A stretch of DNA of 63,724 bases, filler included, from Licmophora abbreviata (taxonomy: Eukaryota), in assembly GCA_900291995.1 (NCBI GenBank). It is 12 parts of 12 records of this genome, joined end to end, with 100 filler letters (N's around TTAATTAATTAA, not from the genome) between each part and the next. Parts side by side here need not be neighbours in the genome. Positions count along the whole stretch, not along the records: positions 29,661 to 39,267 come from OLMU01000463.1; positions 39,368 to 48,255 come from OLMU01000464.1; 10 more parts are not named here. One strand, given 5' to 3'. The notes under the pieces were generated by a model. It made no database searches and had not been told where the DNA came from. It worked only from the letters and a program-made list of their open reading frames with translations. How positions within the stretch are numbered: the stretch's first letter is position 1; each line of letters starts with the position of its first letter. Of this stretch, positions 33,725 through 46,996 are shown piece by piece. Position numbers and translations under genes: made by a program.

Positions 33725-33915
33725 AGGCCTTCAATTGTGGTACTCGACGGAGCTATTGCTGAACGCTGCACCATCCGAGCCGCGGTGGATGCACAATGGA
33801 ATTGTGTTTCAAGAGACTTCTAAGAAACAAATCGAACGATCGAGCGGCACCGTTAGTTTATGATTCTACGTGGTAGCTTTACGAAAGATGAAGGTCGCTT
33901 GACGTGAGTTAATCC

Positions 33916-36900
33916 TTACGGGTTTTCAGCGACATACTCGAGCACTCCATTCCAAATGCGGTCCTCGTAGACACGGCCAAATGGGAATTTGACGCCGACA
34001 CCTTTCGAGATGACCATGTCGTCGTTGGAAGCTGCCTCGTTAAGGCCATTTCCGCTCGAGTAGCGCATCCTTTCTATCGTAAGAGTGACGTAAAACGCGA
34101 CAGTGCTTCCTTGAGGAACCGGAACGGGTTCGAACATGCTTACAGGGATGGCCGATGGACTGCCGCGTCCCTCTCCCCAAACGACACCGGAAGCGATCTT
34201 GGTCCAAGCTGAAGGGATCTGTTCGAAACCGACGTACGAGCCATCTTTTACAAAGATCTCCATGTTAACGCTGTCGGCGTCTCTGATGTGCAGTTTCATC
34301 CCAGTGATTAGTAGGCCCGCGATAGCGTTGACGTCGAACATATTTCCGCCGGCTTGCTTCCCGCCAATGAAAGTTGTCGCGAGCTCCTTGGGGACCACTT
34401 TCGCTTCGTTTGTGGACGGACTCGGAGAAGGCAGAAACTCTTGTGTCCGAATCTGCGCGACGTAGCGGACGGCACCATTCCAGATGCAACCGTTATAGGT
34501 CGTACCGCATCGGTACGCCTTTCCAACCCCTTCGAACACTGCTAGGTTTGCGTCAGATGCGACGACGTCGCCTTTGCCAGACCCAAGCGTGTAACGCATT
34601 CCAGATATACCGAGGGTGATGTAGAAGGCTTGAATCCTGTAACGAGATACAGATACGAAGTTTGCGTTGGCCAGAGGAACAAAGGTGGGAACTCCTTCCC
34701 CCTTTGCGATGACAGATACCATCGCAACTAGATTCCACGCCTCACAGTCACCATCAAATCCAACGTAGCTATCCTCTTTGGTGTAGACTTCCACTGAAAC
34801 TGGGCCCGATGGTGTCAAGTGAGTGTCGAAACCTGTGATCATGATGTTGTTGAATGCCAGCATGTCAAACATATTGCCTGCTTGCTGAGTTCCGCCGATG
34901 AACGTCGTCCGAAGTTGCTGCTCGTTCATGGGCATTTGCCGGACAATTGTGGGGCTTTGCGATTGATCCTCGGTCGGGGATGCTGAGGGACTGCTGGTAT
35001 CCTGTTTGTTTACTAGGACGTACTGGATCGAGCCATTCCACTGCCTATTGGGATACGTGCGACCAAAAGCGTATGTCTTTCCGACCCCCTCAAGAATCTT
35101 CAAGTCTTCATTCTCTGCGACCAGAGTGCCGATTCCCTCTCCATTTGTGTACCGTAGACCGGCTCCGCCAGCAACGGTGACGTAAAAAGCTCGACGCTCG
35201 CCGGATATCAATACAAACGGGGTCAGCTCCAATGAAGTTCCTCGACCCATGCCAGCTGTGTACAAATCCGTCTCTTCTAAGCGCGTCCACGCTCTCTGGT
35301 CTTGTTCAAAGCCTTCGTGTGTCCCTACTTTGGTCCATATCTCAAGAGTGACCAGCTCTGTCTCTCGACTGTGAATCAGCATTCCGCGCATCACGATGTC
35401 CTTTTGAGGTATGATATCAAACATGTTGCCCGCTGCTCCATTTCCACCGACGAACGTTGTGCGGAGCTCTTTTATCGTCGACATGGTCTGCAGCGGCGTG
35501 GGAGGCGGTGACGGAGCTGACGTTGGACTACTGCTCGGATCGTTGGTAGGAGTACTCTTTTTCGATCCAAAGGTCACAGAGAATTCCATCCGCTGTTGCG
35601 AGTGTGTGATATCGAAGAGACTCACGTCTGTCCGAGTGACTATACCGCCTTGGTACGCGTCAGTGTTGGGAAAGGGCCCAGACCGCGATTCTGAAGGACC
35701 AATGTGATCGACGCCACCGGCATGGAAAACGTCTCCCGAATCGCCGCGATTGATGCCTCGTTCAAGGTCGTATCTACCGTCAGCTTGGAGCAAAGCGATA
35801 CTGTAGTGATGTCCGTTCTCTGGCCACCCCGCATATCCTGGAAATCCAGCTTGCATGTGCCCGGCCTGCTCATCGACGTGCCATACTGCCAGTCCACCTT
35901 GCGGCAGCTTGCGGTCGAATCCGACGCTTTGACGGTTCTCGATGAGAAGATACTCTGTTCCAGAATTCGAAAGGTCAATACGATACACTTCGGGGGAAGT
36001 AGCGGAAGCTTCGATCGAGTAGCGACCGGAGACTGTGATGTGTGTCGGCTGAGTCCAACCGACCTTGGATTTTCCCCATGGCGAGATATGCGGTGGCCAA
36101 CGCTGCGAGCCATCATACCCCCACGAGTTTGCCATCATGCCCCATGAGCCAATTCCGTTGCCAACGTTACCGCCGTACAGATCGGGAAGGCCGAGATAAT
36201 GCCCGATCTCGTGAGCAATCACGCCGATCCTTCCGATTTCCGCACCCGATGTTCCCCACAGACCTGGGCTGATACTGTACTTGTTCACTCGAAAGCCTGT
36301 GCTGCTTGTCCAATATCTCGATGATGGGAGCGACCACTGATGAGACCATACTCGGTTGAATCTTGACTGGCCGAAGCTGTCAGTGTTGCCCCACTCTGCG
36401 CCGTATCCTGAGTGGATCAGCGTGAACGTATCGACCGTGCGATCCTTGTTGCTATCAAACTGACTGAAATCGAAGTCTGGATCGCTATCAACAATATCAA
36501 GAGCGTCCCCCAGTATCTCAAGGAACTTATCGGTGAATCCGCTATGACCGTCGGCGTAGTACGCTTCTGTCCGGGGCAGCGTTACCCATCCGTATACGCC
36601 GGACTCAAGCTGGAGCGCTCCATATGAGTTCTTGTCGTAGACGTCTCGGATGCTGCCGCTAGGTGCGATGATCGGATGACCTCCAGGACTATTGAAGAGC
36701 ACATCATAGTCGGACAGGTCGGGAAGCTGTCGTCCGGTATGATCACTGAAGCGAATGAGGAGAACGAGATTCTTCCGATGGGGGTTGGAGTTGAAGAGTG
36801 ACCCGAGAAGTGGCATAGTGTTGATCATGTTCAGCGACATTTTGTCTCCGGCGTCGTCATACTTCTCACAAATGCGATCACACTCCTCCTCCTGAATGGT

Positions 36901-37364
36901 CATGTTCGGGAGCACTCCTTTCTGTAGTCCCATGTCGACAGGATCGACCTCGCCCACAACCATGTCACTCGCCATCATGGACCCGTTCGAATGGTCCGTC
37001 ATCATGGCGTAAACGTAGAAGCTATCGCTGTCCATCACCACCGTGTAACCTTCCATGTCTGTCATGTAGTTGAATATGGGACCACCACGAAGCATGATCG
37101 GGGGTGTCATGTTCCCGTCTGGTTGCATATACTGGAAGGGCTGCGGACTTGCCAAAGTGCTTTCGACCGTTTGCATCTTCGCAAGAAAGAGACCAATGGT
37201 CGCCGTTCCCGTCAAAGCGATTGCCAAACACCCCCTCCCAGCGATGATGCGCGCGAATCGACTTTATTGAAAGGGATAAGAGACAATGGAAGTGAGTCGC
37301 TCGTTCATGCAGCATGCATCATGTCCAAACACAGATAAAGGTTTGCGATTTCTTACCAAGCCAT
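33916..37364 (-). CDS. Secreted M6-family (immune inhibitor A-like) zinc metalloprotease with three C-terminal ~150-aa repeats; probable micro first exon 37357-37364, intron 37262-37356
   Basis: ASPQPF..QPDG, LVLLIRFSDH, NSYG, HSGYGAEWG, WSHQWSL, HEIGHYLGLPDLY, WGMMANSWG, EYLLIENR, WHVDE. Three repeats begin L.TTF.GG....GNMFD. The 5' exon is inferred. Confidence 0.88.
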
Positions 37365-38158
37365 CGTCGTCACGCAGATCGGCAACAATGACACAATTCG
37401 GATCATGGAGCGATCGCTTGTGATGTCCAATCAGAGACAACAGATAGTTGTCGTAGTGCAATTTTAGTATTCTCTATCGATCGAATGACTGATTGCATTC
37501 GTTGTCGTCGACGACATGTAGGCAGGAAATGAAACCAAATTGAAAATGAGTTCGCCAACAGCCGTTCAAAACACGAGCCGGCCCAACGACAATGAATGAC
37601 TCGTGACTGCATGATGACCTCATTCAGGACTCGAGAAGTATGCAGAAACTGTCATGACACAATTAGAAACGTCACACGGATGCACGATGCCAAGGACCAA
37701 GGAACACGAAGACGATGATGACATCCAATATCGAGGATTGTGGCTTTGTTCACGGTAGGACCAACCATGATGGCTGCGATGCGTCCCTCTGATGCGATAG
37801 ACATGACTGGAAAGAAGACAATCGGATCGTTCCTTTTAGACTTTTAGAGGTTGGCTGTTCTTGCGTCAGCTTGCGGTGTCATCTCGAATCAATCCCTCTT
37901 TCAAAATTTCGATTCGCGCGAGACCGTGAAGCACATGAATCATGACTATGAGAAAACGGAGCAAACTATGAACGCACATACAGGAAAGAGATTCCTTGAA
38001 GAGATAATACAACCTCATGAGATAAGGAGCGCCATGTGTTTAATTTTTTTGTCCCGTGAGCCCCGAAACAACAAGACCCAACTTCATGTTTCCCAGTCTC
38101 TGCGATCGACTTGCACTCACACAAACCACTGACACAACCCCAAAAAGAGAAGGCGAAA

Positions 38159-41100
38159 ATGATTTCTCTCTATATTCTGGTCTGCTTTTCGCTCTTGATT
38201 CTTTCGGGGCTACTTGTCTCGCTTGGAATGGTTCGCCATGGCGGCAATGGTACCGATCAGGAGAACAACGGACGATCGAGCCTCCGATTCGTCTCGAACG
38301 ACGTACCGGAGGCACAAACGCCGACAAGCATGTACACGCGAGAAACTCTCGTAAGTAAACTTCAAACCTTCAGTTGTTTGAAGGTAATTTGTACATCCAT
38401 GATATTTACCCGAGCCTATCTTCCTTCTCGGTGACGTTTTAGGAGACTTCCATTACTTTTGATCCGTTTAGTAAGACGAATACGCCCTGCGCAAGTCGCA
38501 TCTCGAGACACGCCATCTTCTTTCCTGGAGACTTTATCTGCTCGCCAAACAAGACCATGTTTTTCGGACTGGATGACAATGGCCACTTTGGAATATGGAG
38601 AGGCGCAAAGAATGTGTGGTCTGGAAACAACTGCTGTCAGCACGAAGTCCGCTTTGCTAACTTTCAACGAGACGGAAACCTGGTCGTCTACGACAAAGAG
38701 ATGATACCCCTCTGGGAATCTAGTACAAGTGGCCCCGGTCTTGATGGCGGGGAGCTACAGATCGACAATGACGGGATAGTCACGATCAAGAATGATTCCA
38801 TAGGAAGGGTGGTCACGCTTGAACCGTCTATTGATCTTCTCGCTGAGCCATGTGCGACTGAATTGCGGGGCGTCGCTCGCTTGGCTCCGGGCGATCATAT
38901 CTGCTCTTTGGACGCTTCTCGTCGTTTTGGCGTTTCAATCGACGGTGATTTGGGCATCTGGAACGGTCCCAAACAGATTTGGTCTGCCGGCACTTGTTGC
39001 AAGAAGGAAGAAACAATCGCGTATCTACAAATTGATGGAAACTTTGTCGTTCGCTCTGAGTCTAGTGAGGTGCTGTGGCAGTCGGAAACGTTTGACACCA
39101 CCCTGATGGGGAGAGGAGTCGTCAAAATTAGTCCCTTTGGTGTTGTAACAATCATCAACGAAGACTCGCGCAAGAGACTAACCATTATCCCGCAGTTTCC
39201 AGATGCAGAAATTATATTCGACGAATTGTCTTCTCCGAAGAACCCAAAACACTGCACCGAACAGGTCNNNNNNNNNNNNNNNNNNNNNNNNNNNNNNNNN
39301 NNNNNNNNNNNTTAATTAATTAANNNNNNNNNNNNNNNNNNNNNNNNNNNNNNNNNNNNNNNNNNNNATTGTCTTCTCCGAAGAACCCAAAACACTGCAC
39401 CGAACAGGTCCCCGAAGGATTCGGCTCCAAATGAATGACTACATTTGCTCTCCGAGTGGCGATTACCGCTTCGGGGTAAGCCCCGAGGGTGATCTTCACC
39501 TCCAGAAAGGTACTGAGACTGCATGGAGTGCCGCTACGTGCTGCGCCAACGACGATGTCTATGCAGGACTGCAGCGAGTGGATGGGAACTTGGTGGTTCG
39601 GAAAAGCAACCGCGAAGTCCTCTGGTCGTCGGGGACGGGGGACCCTCTACACTCGGATTCTTCACTGACCCTCACAGACAGTGGAGTCGTCGCCATTACG
39701 GATATCGAAGGATCGCGTGTTTGGGCTGTCACGGGGAGTTTGGCCGACTCTTCTTGTTTGTCCAGCGTCGCAGCCAAGGGGACTGACCTAGTCGAAGGAC
39801 AGTTCATGTGCTCCCCTAATATGCGCTATCGATTCGGAGTGATTGACTCTACCCTTTCGCTCTGGGATCAAAACCTGATGATCTGGTCGCTTCCAAAGTG
39901 TTGTGGCGACAAGTCGATTGTCGCTAGAATGCGAAGCAATGGCAACTTGGTGGTGGTTGCGCTCGACACTGGTGAGCCGCTCTGGATTTCTCGAACGGCA
40001 GCATCAGACGGTTGTAGAGTTCAACTGGCGGACGATGGAGTTATACGTATATTTTCCTGTGGCGGAGAGGTGCTGTGGTCTACGAGTCAAGGCATCGGCC
40101 AGCCCAGACTGACCCCACCAGCTGGCGAGCCCTCTATGGCTCCATCGACCTCTTCAGAGTGTCAAAGCTCTGGGACCGAGCAGGCTTTTGTGTGCGTTGA
40201 AATGACGAGCGGACCTATTCGTCTCGACAATGGTTCCTTTGTTTGCTCTCGTGATAGACTCTATCGCTTTGGTCTCACGACAGATGGAGATCTTGCCTTG
40301 TTGAATGCCAAGAGCGAGAGGCTCTGGTCCGCGGGGACAGCTTGTCAGGGAGTCACTCACGCCAAGCTGCAGATCGACGGTAATCTGGTCGTTTCGAGTG
40401 TTGAAGGAGCTGTGTGGACGTCGAGGACCGCCAACCAGCATCGCGGCGAGGTATCGCTTTCTATCGGAGACGATGGAATCGTCACCCTCACATGTTCTAT
40501 CAGGGGACATTTGTGGTCGACAATCGTTGCTGACGACACTGATCGCGTTGATTCGACAACCCTCGACAGCAAGGTCATGGCCGGATACCAAGGATGGTTT
40601 TTTGCTCCCGGCGACGGTGGATGGAATGAGTGGGTTCACTGGTCTACGGGACGCACTATTCCAAGCCCCGACACTATCACAATCGACTATTGGCCGGACC
40701 TTCGCGAGTTGGACGAAGACGAGCTCTATCCGACGCACTTTCGATACCAGGATGGCTCGAAGGCAGGCCTTTACAGTGCATACAATCGCAAGACAGTCGA
40801 GCGTCACTTCAAGTGGATGCACGAATACGGGATCCACGGTGTGTTTGCTCAGCGATTCATTGGAAACGCCATGAGGGTTACTGATATTGTAGACGCGGTG
40901 TTGGCGAATGTGCGGAGTGGGGCCGAAAAGTACGGTCGAGTCTTTGCCAACATGTACGACATCAGCAACCATAAGGAAGACGGCGACACGTTGGTTCAAA
41001 ATATCATGACGGACTGGATGCGTCTGGTGGACGAAAAGCATATCACTTCGAGCAAACAGTACCTGCGTCACAAAGGAAAGCCGCTCATCGGCATTTGGGG

Positions 41101-41764
41101 TTTTGGCGTCCACGATCGTACCGGTGAGCCGCATCACTTGATAAAGCTCCTGGAGTGGTTTCATTTTGACGCCGCTCCAAGGTACCGAGCCACGGTGATG
41201 GGAGGTGTTCCAGAGGGCTGGCGCGATCTCTCGCGCTCATCCAAGACGAACCACAATTGGGCATTGGCATTTCGTAGTTACGACGTGATAAGTCCTTGGA
41301 GTGTGGGACGCATTCGGAACCTTCCGGACGTTGACAAATTCCGGCAAGAGTATATCGATCCAGACAAGGTTGACTGTGATTCCTTGAATATTGACTATCT
41401 TCCCGTTGTATTCCCTGGCTTTTCGTTTCACAATCTATATCCTCACAAGGAACCGAACGAGATTCCAAGGCTCGGGGGCACATTCTTCTGGCGCCAACTC
41501 TTCAGTGTCGTCGCAGCCGGGAACCAAATGGTGTACATCGCCATGTTTGATGAGGTTGACGAGGGTACGGCAATCTTCAAGCTCGCAGAAAATGACTCCC
41601 AGACTCCGACAAAAGGCATGTTCGTGACGTTGGATGCCGACTCTGACTATCCAAACGTTCCGAGCGACTGGTATTTGCGACTCACAGGCGAGGCAGCTCG
41701 GCTCATCAGCGAAGGCCAACCTTTGCCGAAAGAAATGCCGAATGTCCCAGCGACGGCTCTATAG
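38159..41764 (+). CDS. N-terminal hydrophobic anchor, five bulb-type (B-lectin/GNA) domains and a GH71/GH99-like glycoside hydrolase; intron 38351-38442; spans a false gap at 39268-39367
   Basis: Five units ICS...RFG...G.L..W....WS..CC....LQ.DGN.VV, followed by KVMAGYQGWF, WPDLRE, VERHFKWM, GVFAQRF, MYDIS, ISPWSVGR, PVVFPGFSF, YIAMFDEVDEGTAIFK and DWYLRLTG. Confidence 0.85.
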
Positions 41765-42474
41765 GCTCATTTTGAGAAACAATACTAACGAATTTCATGG
41801 TAACTAGCTTGTAAGGTGTATGGTAGGCAGGGGAGTGGACTATTGGTAGAGTAAAGGTGATGATCATACGATACCTCCATGTTCTAGCCAGAGCTCGATT
41901 GCTCCTTGATAGCGCGACGGAGATCAGACTTTCTTTCTTCTTATCCAGCTTTATTGAACTTGCGAGGTGGCAAGGCGAGGGAGCGGATTGTGCTTAGATT
42001 AGAGGGAGCCCGAAATCGCGTCGACGCTCAAATTGTGAGACGCTCCGCGGTACTGACGCTCCGTCCTCCATGGTACACTTCTACGTATTGTACATCTAAA
42101 TAATTCAAATTGCCATTGTAGAATGTCGTAGGCACGTAGATGTACGTGCATATAGTACCACCACCAAAATATCATTGAGCAATGTCAATACCAATGCCAC
42201 TGAAAATTGGCGCGGCCCGGATCCAAAGCGACGGCGACGACGGTGGTATCGAGTGATCCACACAAAAGACGCTTCCCACGACGTCAAGAGGCATCGTTCT
42301 GCAAGACATAAAGGCCTCCTTGCCATCAAGTGATATAAACAGGACTGTTTTTGTTTGTGTCACGTCGAAAACGGAGTAGAATTCAGTGAATCTTTTGTAT
42401 TTAGAGTTGACGACTTTTTTGGATACTCTCATTTGGCTGTAGTATACCGCAAGGAAAGCAAGCGATAGTTCACC

Positions 42475-45400
42475 ATGTACATCGAAGAAGTTGTCGTCGA
42501 TGGCTTCAAGTCGTACGCTCATCGTACAGTCATTGCAGGGTACGTTGTGCTTCTCATGTTTGCCGAAACTGCAGGATTGCAAATGAATTGAACCAACACA
42601 GAATTCTCACCACCTACGTCTCTGCTCTCGTTCTACCCTTGTTCCAATAGCTTCGACCCTCACTTCAACGCAATTACAGGCCTGAACGGATCAGGCAAGT
42701 CGAATATTCTTGATGCAATCTGCTTCGTATTGGGGATCACGAACTTGAGTCAGGTCCGAGCCGGAAATCTCTCCGAACTTGTCTACAAGCAAGGACAAGC
42801 GGGCGTCAACAAGGCCAGCGTCACGGTCGTCTTCAACAACAAGGACGAATCCAGCAGTCCGGTCGGATACGAACAATCTCCCGAAGTCACCGTCACGCGT
42901 CAAGTTCTCCTGGGCGGCAAGAGCAAGTACATGATCAACGGTCGGAACGCTCCCGCTGGACAAGTGCAGAACCTCTTCCATTCTGTACAGCTCAATGTGA
43001 ATAATCCGCACTTTCTCATCATGCAGGGTAAGTATGACTCGACCGGTCTCGTTGACGACGGCGTTCGACAAAACACATATCTCATTGGTCTTTACTCACC
43101 CCCTTTTACTTTTTAGGACGCATCACCAAGGTACTCAACATGAAGCCGCAAGAAATTCTCGGCATGGTCGAGGAGGCAGCAGGAACTCGCATGTACGAAA
43201 CCAAGCGCGTCGCTGCTCTCAAGACAATCGATAAGAAGCAGATGAAGGTCGACGAGCTCAATTCGGTGCTCTCGGAAGAGATCACTCCAACGCTCGAACG
43301 GCTGCGGGGCGAAAAGCAGAGCTACCTGAAATGGAGCAAGAACAGTGCCGACATTGAGAGAATTGAGAGGTTCGTGGTGGCGAGCGAGTTCATGAAAGCT
43401 CAAAAGGCCCTCAACAGCAATACAGAAGGCGAGACGGAAATGGAAGAAAAGGTTGAAAAGCTGCAGGAGGAAGCGATGGATGTTCGCGAGGAGATTGAAG
43501 AAAAAGAGATCGAAATCACGACGCGTTCGTCGAAGCTCAACGGCGAGTTTGAAGAGTCGCATGGCAACGCGCGTTCCAAAGAAGAGAATCACTCCAAGGA
43601 GCTTGTCATGGTCACATCGGCGTGGCAGAATAGTGCGACTGTCGCGAAGGCTGCCGAGAAGGAAGTCAAGCAGGCGAAGAATGTGCTTACCGATGCGGAG
43701 ACGGCAGTGGAGGCTCAACAGGAGGAAATAGCCGGCGAGTCGGAGCGCATCGAGCTCGAGAAGGCCGAGGCCACGCAAGCAGAAACGCAGCACTCTCAGC
43801 TTCAAGCCGACTACCAGAACATGTCGGCCGGTATTAGCTCGTCTCAGGGAGACAAAGGCGGAACGCTACCTGAACAGATCAGCAATGCCCATAGCGACTC
43901 TAAGACGGCAGAGGCAAAAGCCAAGCAAGCCGAGATGAAAATCACTCACTTGAAGAAGGAGCTGAAGGTAAGATTTATCTTGTTTCGTGCATGAAGGTTC
44001 TCTTGATTTTTCAGTCTTATCTGATCCTATTGTTGCTTGACCCTGCGTAGACCGTTGGTAAGGAAATGACACGAGAGGCCAAATCGGCCGAGACGCTTGC
44101 CAAGAAGAAGAACAAGGCACAGACCAAGGTTGATGACATTCACAACAAGATGGAGTCTCTAAATTTCTCGGAAGCAATCTTCAACGGCCTTGAAGAGGAG
44201 CGAGTCGCACTCGATTCTACCGTCTCGCATCTCCAGGAGACGGTAGAAACATTGTCTGCTCAGCTCGAGGGCCGGCTTGCCTTCAAATACTCTGATCCTG
44301 TCCGTGGATTTGATCGGTCCAAGGTAAAGGGTTTAGTCGCCCGCCTGATCAACGTGAAACAGCCTGAAAACTCTACTGCGCTTGAGGTCGTTGCAGGAGG
44401 CAAATTGTACCAGGTGGTGGTCGACGAAGCAATTACCGGCAAGGCTCTTCTCAGCAGGGGCAAGTTGGAGCGCCGTGTCACCATCATTCCACTCGACAAG
44501 ATCCAGCCGCGTCGAGTTACGGCGACGGCCTGCGAAGATGCCTCCCGAATCGCTGGCGAGCTCGACTCGACCGCTGCTCCTGCGATCGAACTGGTCGGCT
44601 TCGACGAGGATGTCCGAAACGCCATGGAGTATGTGTTCGGATCGACGCTCGTCGTTGACGGCATGAAGGCAGCCAACCAAATCTGCGACGCCACCAAAAC
44701 TCGCACGGTAACTCTCGACGGTGACGTGTACGACCCATCGGGTACCATCTCCGGAGGATCTCGCAACAATCTTGGTTCGACCCTTGCGAAACTCACCGAA
44801 CTGACGCAGGCGTCGAGAGATCTCGAAGGCCATCAAGCGAAGCTTGCTGAGATTGTGACTCAACTAGAGAGTATGAAATCGGCATCCAGTCAATTCGAAA
44901 AGCTTAGTGACAAGCTGGAACTTGCTACGGTCGAGCTGGCAGGCATCGAAAAGCACTTGTCCCAAACGTCGTACGGAATGCTCGTAGAGCGCCATGAGGC
45001 CATGTCGACTGAGATCAACGAGGCGACGGAGAAGTATGAAAAGATGGAGAGAGAGAAGGACGAAAAGTGGGCTCTGTACAATGAATTGAAAGAGAAAGAG
45101 CAGGAGCTGACTCGTGAGCGTGAGTCGAGACTACAACACATTGACGAAGCCGTGAAGAAAGCCAAGCAGGTCGCGACGGAGAAAGCGAAGAGCGCCCGAG
45201 AGGTGAGTTTGCCAACGGTGTGTCACCGTCTTTGTAGCGTCAAGCAATTGTCTCATGTCATCATCGTCATACCATCTTTTCGCACCGCAGGCGGAGTCTA
45301 GATCGCAGACTCTTGGACTGCAGCTGGAGAGCTTAAAGAAAGATGTCTTGTCTGCACAGAAGGCGTTTGAAGTTGCAGAGCAGGCGCTCAACGAGGCCAC

Positions 45401-46666
45401 TGAAGAGGAACAAGTTCTTCAAATGAAGGTCGGCGAAGTGAAGGCATTGTACGACGAATCCAAGACAGAACTGGATGAAGTCGAGAAGCGTATGGCCCAC
45501 TTTTCCACGGAGCTATCTAGCCTAAACCAAGAAAAGGCTGAGCTCATCAAGAAGGCAGAAACGGCCGAGCTGGAGGCGAAGAAGCTTACCGTCGCTATCT
45601 CTCGAATCCACAAGGAGAAAGGGAATGCGGAGCGATATGTTACGAGCATGCTAAAGAAGCACTCTTGGATCGAAAGCGAAAAGAGCGCCTTCGGTGTTTC
45701 CGGTGGCGATTACGATTTCGAAGCTACCAATCCATCGGAAATGAATAGGCATCTCCAGGCGCTCAAAGGCGAGCAAGAATCGCTGGTAAGTGCTGGTATC
45801 TTGGGTATGAGCTCGCTAGTCCTGATGGAATCTTAACCCTTTTTGTCGTCGCTCAATGAACAAAAAGTCCAAGAAGATCAACAAGAAGGTGATGGGCATG
45901 ATTGAAAAGGCTGAAGGCGAGTACACCGAACTTCTCCGCAAGCGCAAGGTTGTAGAGAACGACAAGAAAAAGATTCAAGACGTCATCGAAGAACTGGATG
46001 TGAAGAAGAAGTCCGAGCTTGAACGCACGTGGGTCAAGGTGAACAGAGACTTTGGATCCATCTTTTCGACGCTTCTCCCTGGTGCCTCGTCCAAACTGGA
46101 ACCTCCTGAAGGCATGGCTGCATGGGAGGGACTCGAGGTCAAGGTCGCGTTCGGTGACGTCTGGAAAGAGAGTCTCAGTGAGCTCAGCGGTGGCCAGCGA
46201 TCCCTGTTGGCGCTGTCGTTGATTCTTTCCCTCTTGCTGTTTAAGCCAGCGCCGATGTACATCTTGGACGAGGTGGACGCTGCACTCGATTTGAGCCACA
46301 CTCAGAACATCGGCAACATGCTCAAGACACACTTTTCCCACAGCCAGTTTGTTGTCGTTTCGCTCAAGGTAGGAAGATGAACGAATTATGTCTTGTTATC
46401 TGTATCACGCCCCTCCGCTTTCTCACCAATCATATCAATATTTTTCGTTGCAGGAGGGTATGTTCAACAATGCGAATGTCATCTTTCGAACCAAGTTTGT
46501 TGAAGGTGTTTCGACAGTCACCAGAACCATTGGCACCGGCGCCAGTGCTCGGGCACGCGCTCTCGCCGAGTCCGAGAATACTGAAGAGGCTTCTCCAGTG
46601 CGAAAGCGCGCAGCGACCGGACGACGCAATCGTAAGCTGGGCAACAAGGAGAACATATCTGCGTGA
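42475..46666 (+). CDS. SMC2: Condensin subunit SMC2 (multi-exon)
   Basis: [53 protein letters not shown], hinge [53 protein letters not shown]. Confidence 0.97.
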
Positions 46667-46825
46667 TAGCAAATGGTTGAAGACATGGGGAGAATCATAT
46701 TGTTATGTATGCAGGAGCATTTTCGTGTAATCAGTTTAGTCACAGTTACGGTATTTCCTATTTTGATAGATTGCCCGATGAGCCACATGAGATTGTCGGA
46801 GAGAGAAGATTGAAACACAGCCAGT

Positions 46826-46837
46826 TTTGGCGCGAAA
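46826..46837 (-). promoter_or_regulatory. E2F-like element (TTTGGCGCGAAA on + strand)
   Basis: Reverse complement of the 12-mer at 7439, 160 bp upstream of the SDR ATG. Confidence 0.4.
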
Positions 46838-46996
46838 GGAGGTTCAAAGCAAAATTCGAAAATGTTAAAATGTCGCGCCGGCGCGTGATGTCAAAAACAA
46901 AATACCGGGCGATCTTCGACCACATGGATCTTCAACATTCTCACTTTCGTCTCGCCGTGGTGTACCATGAGGGCGATGCATCGTTCATCGTTGAAA

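Noticed and set aside
33916..41764. Bacterial contamination as the source of the M6 and GH genes
   Set aside because: The lectin-GH gene has a clear spliceosomal intron and is contiguous with SMC2, and the M6 gene is on the same contig as its 5' half.
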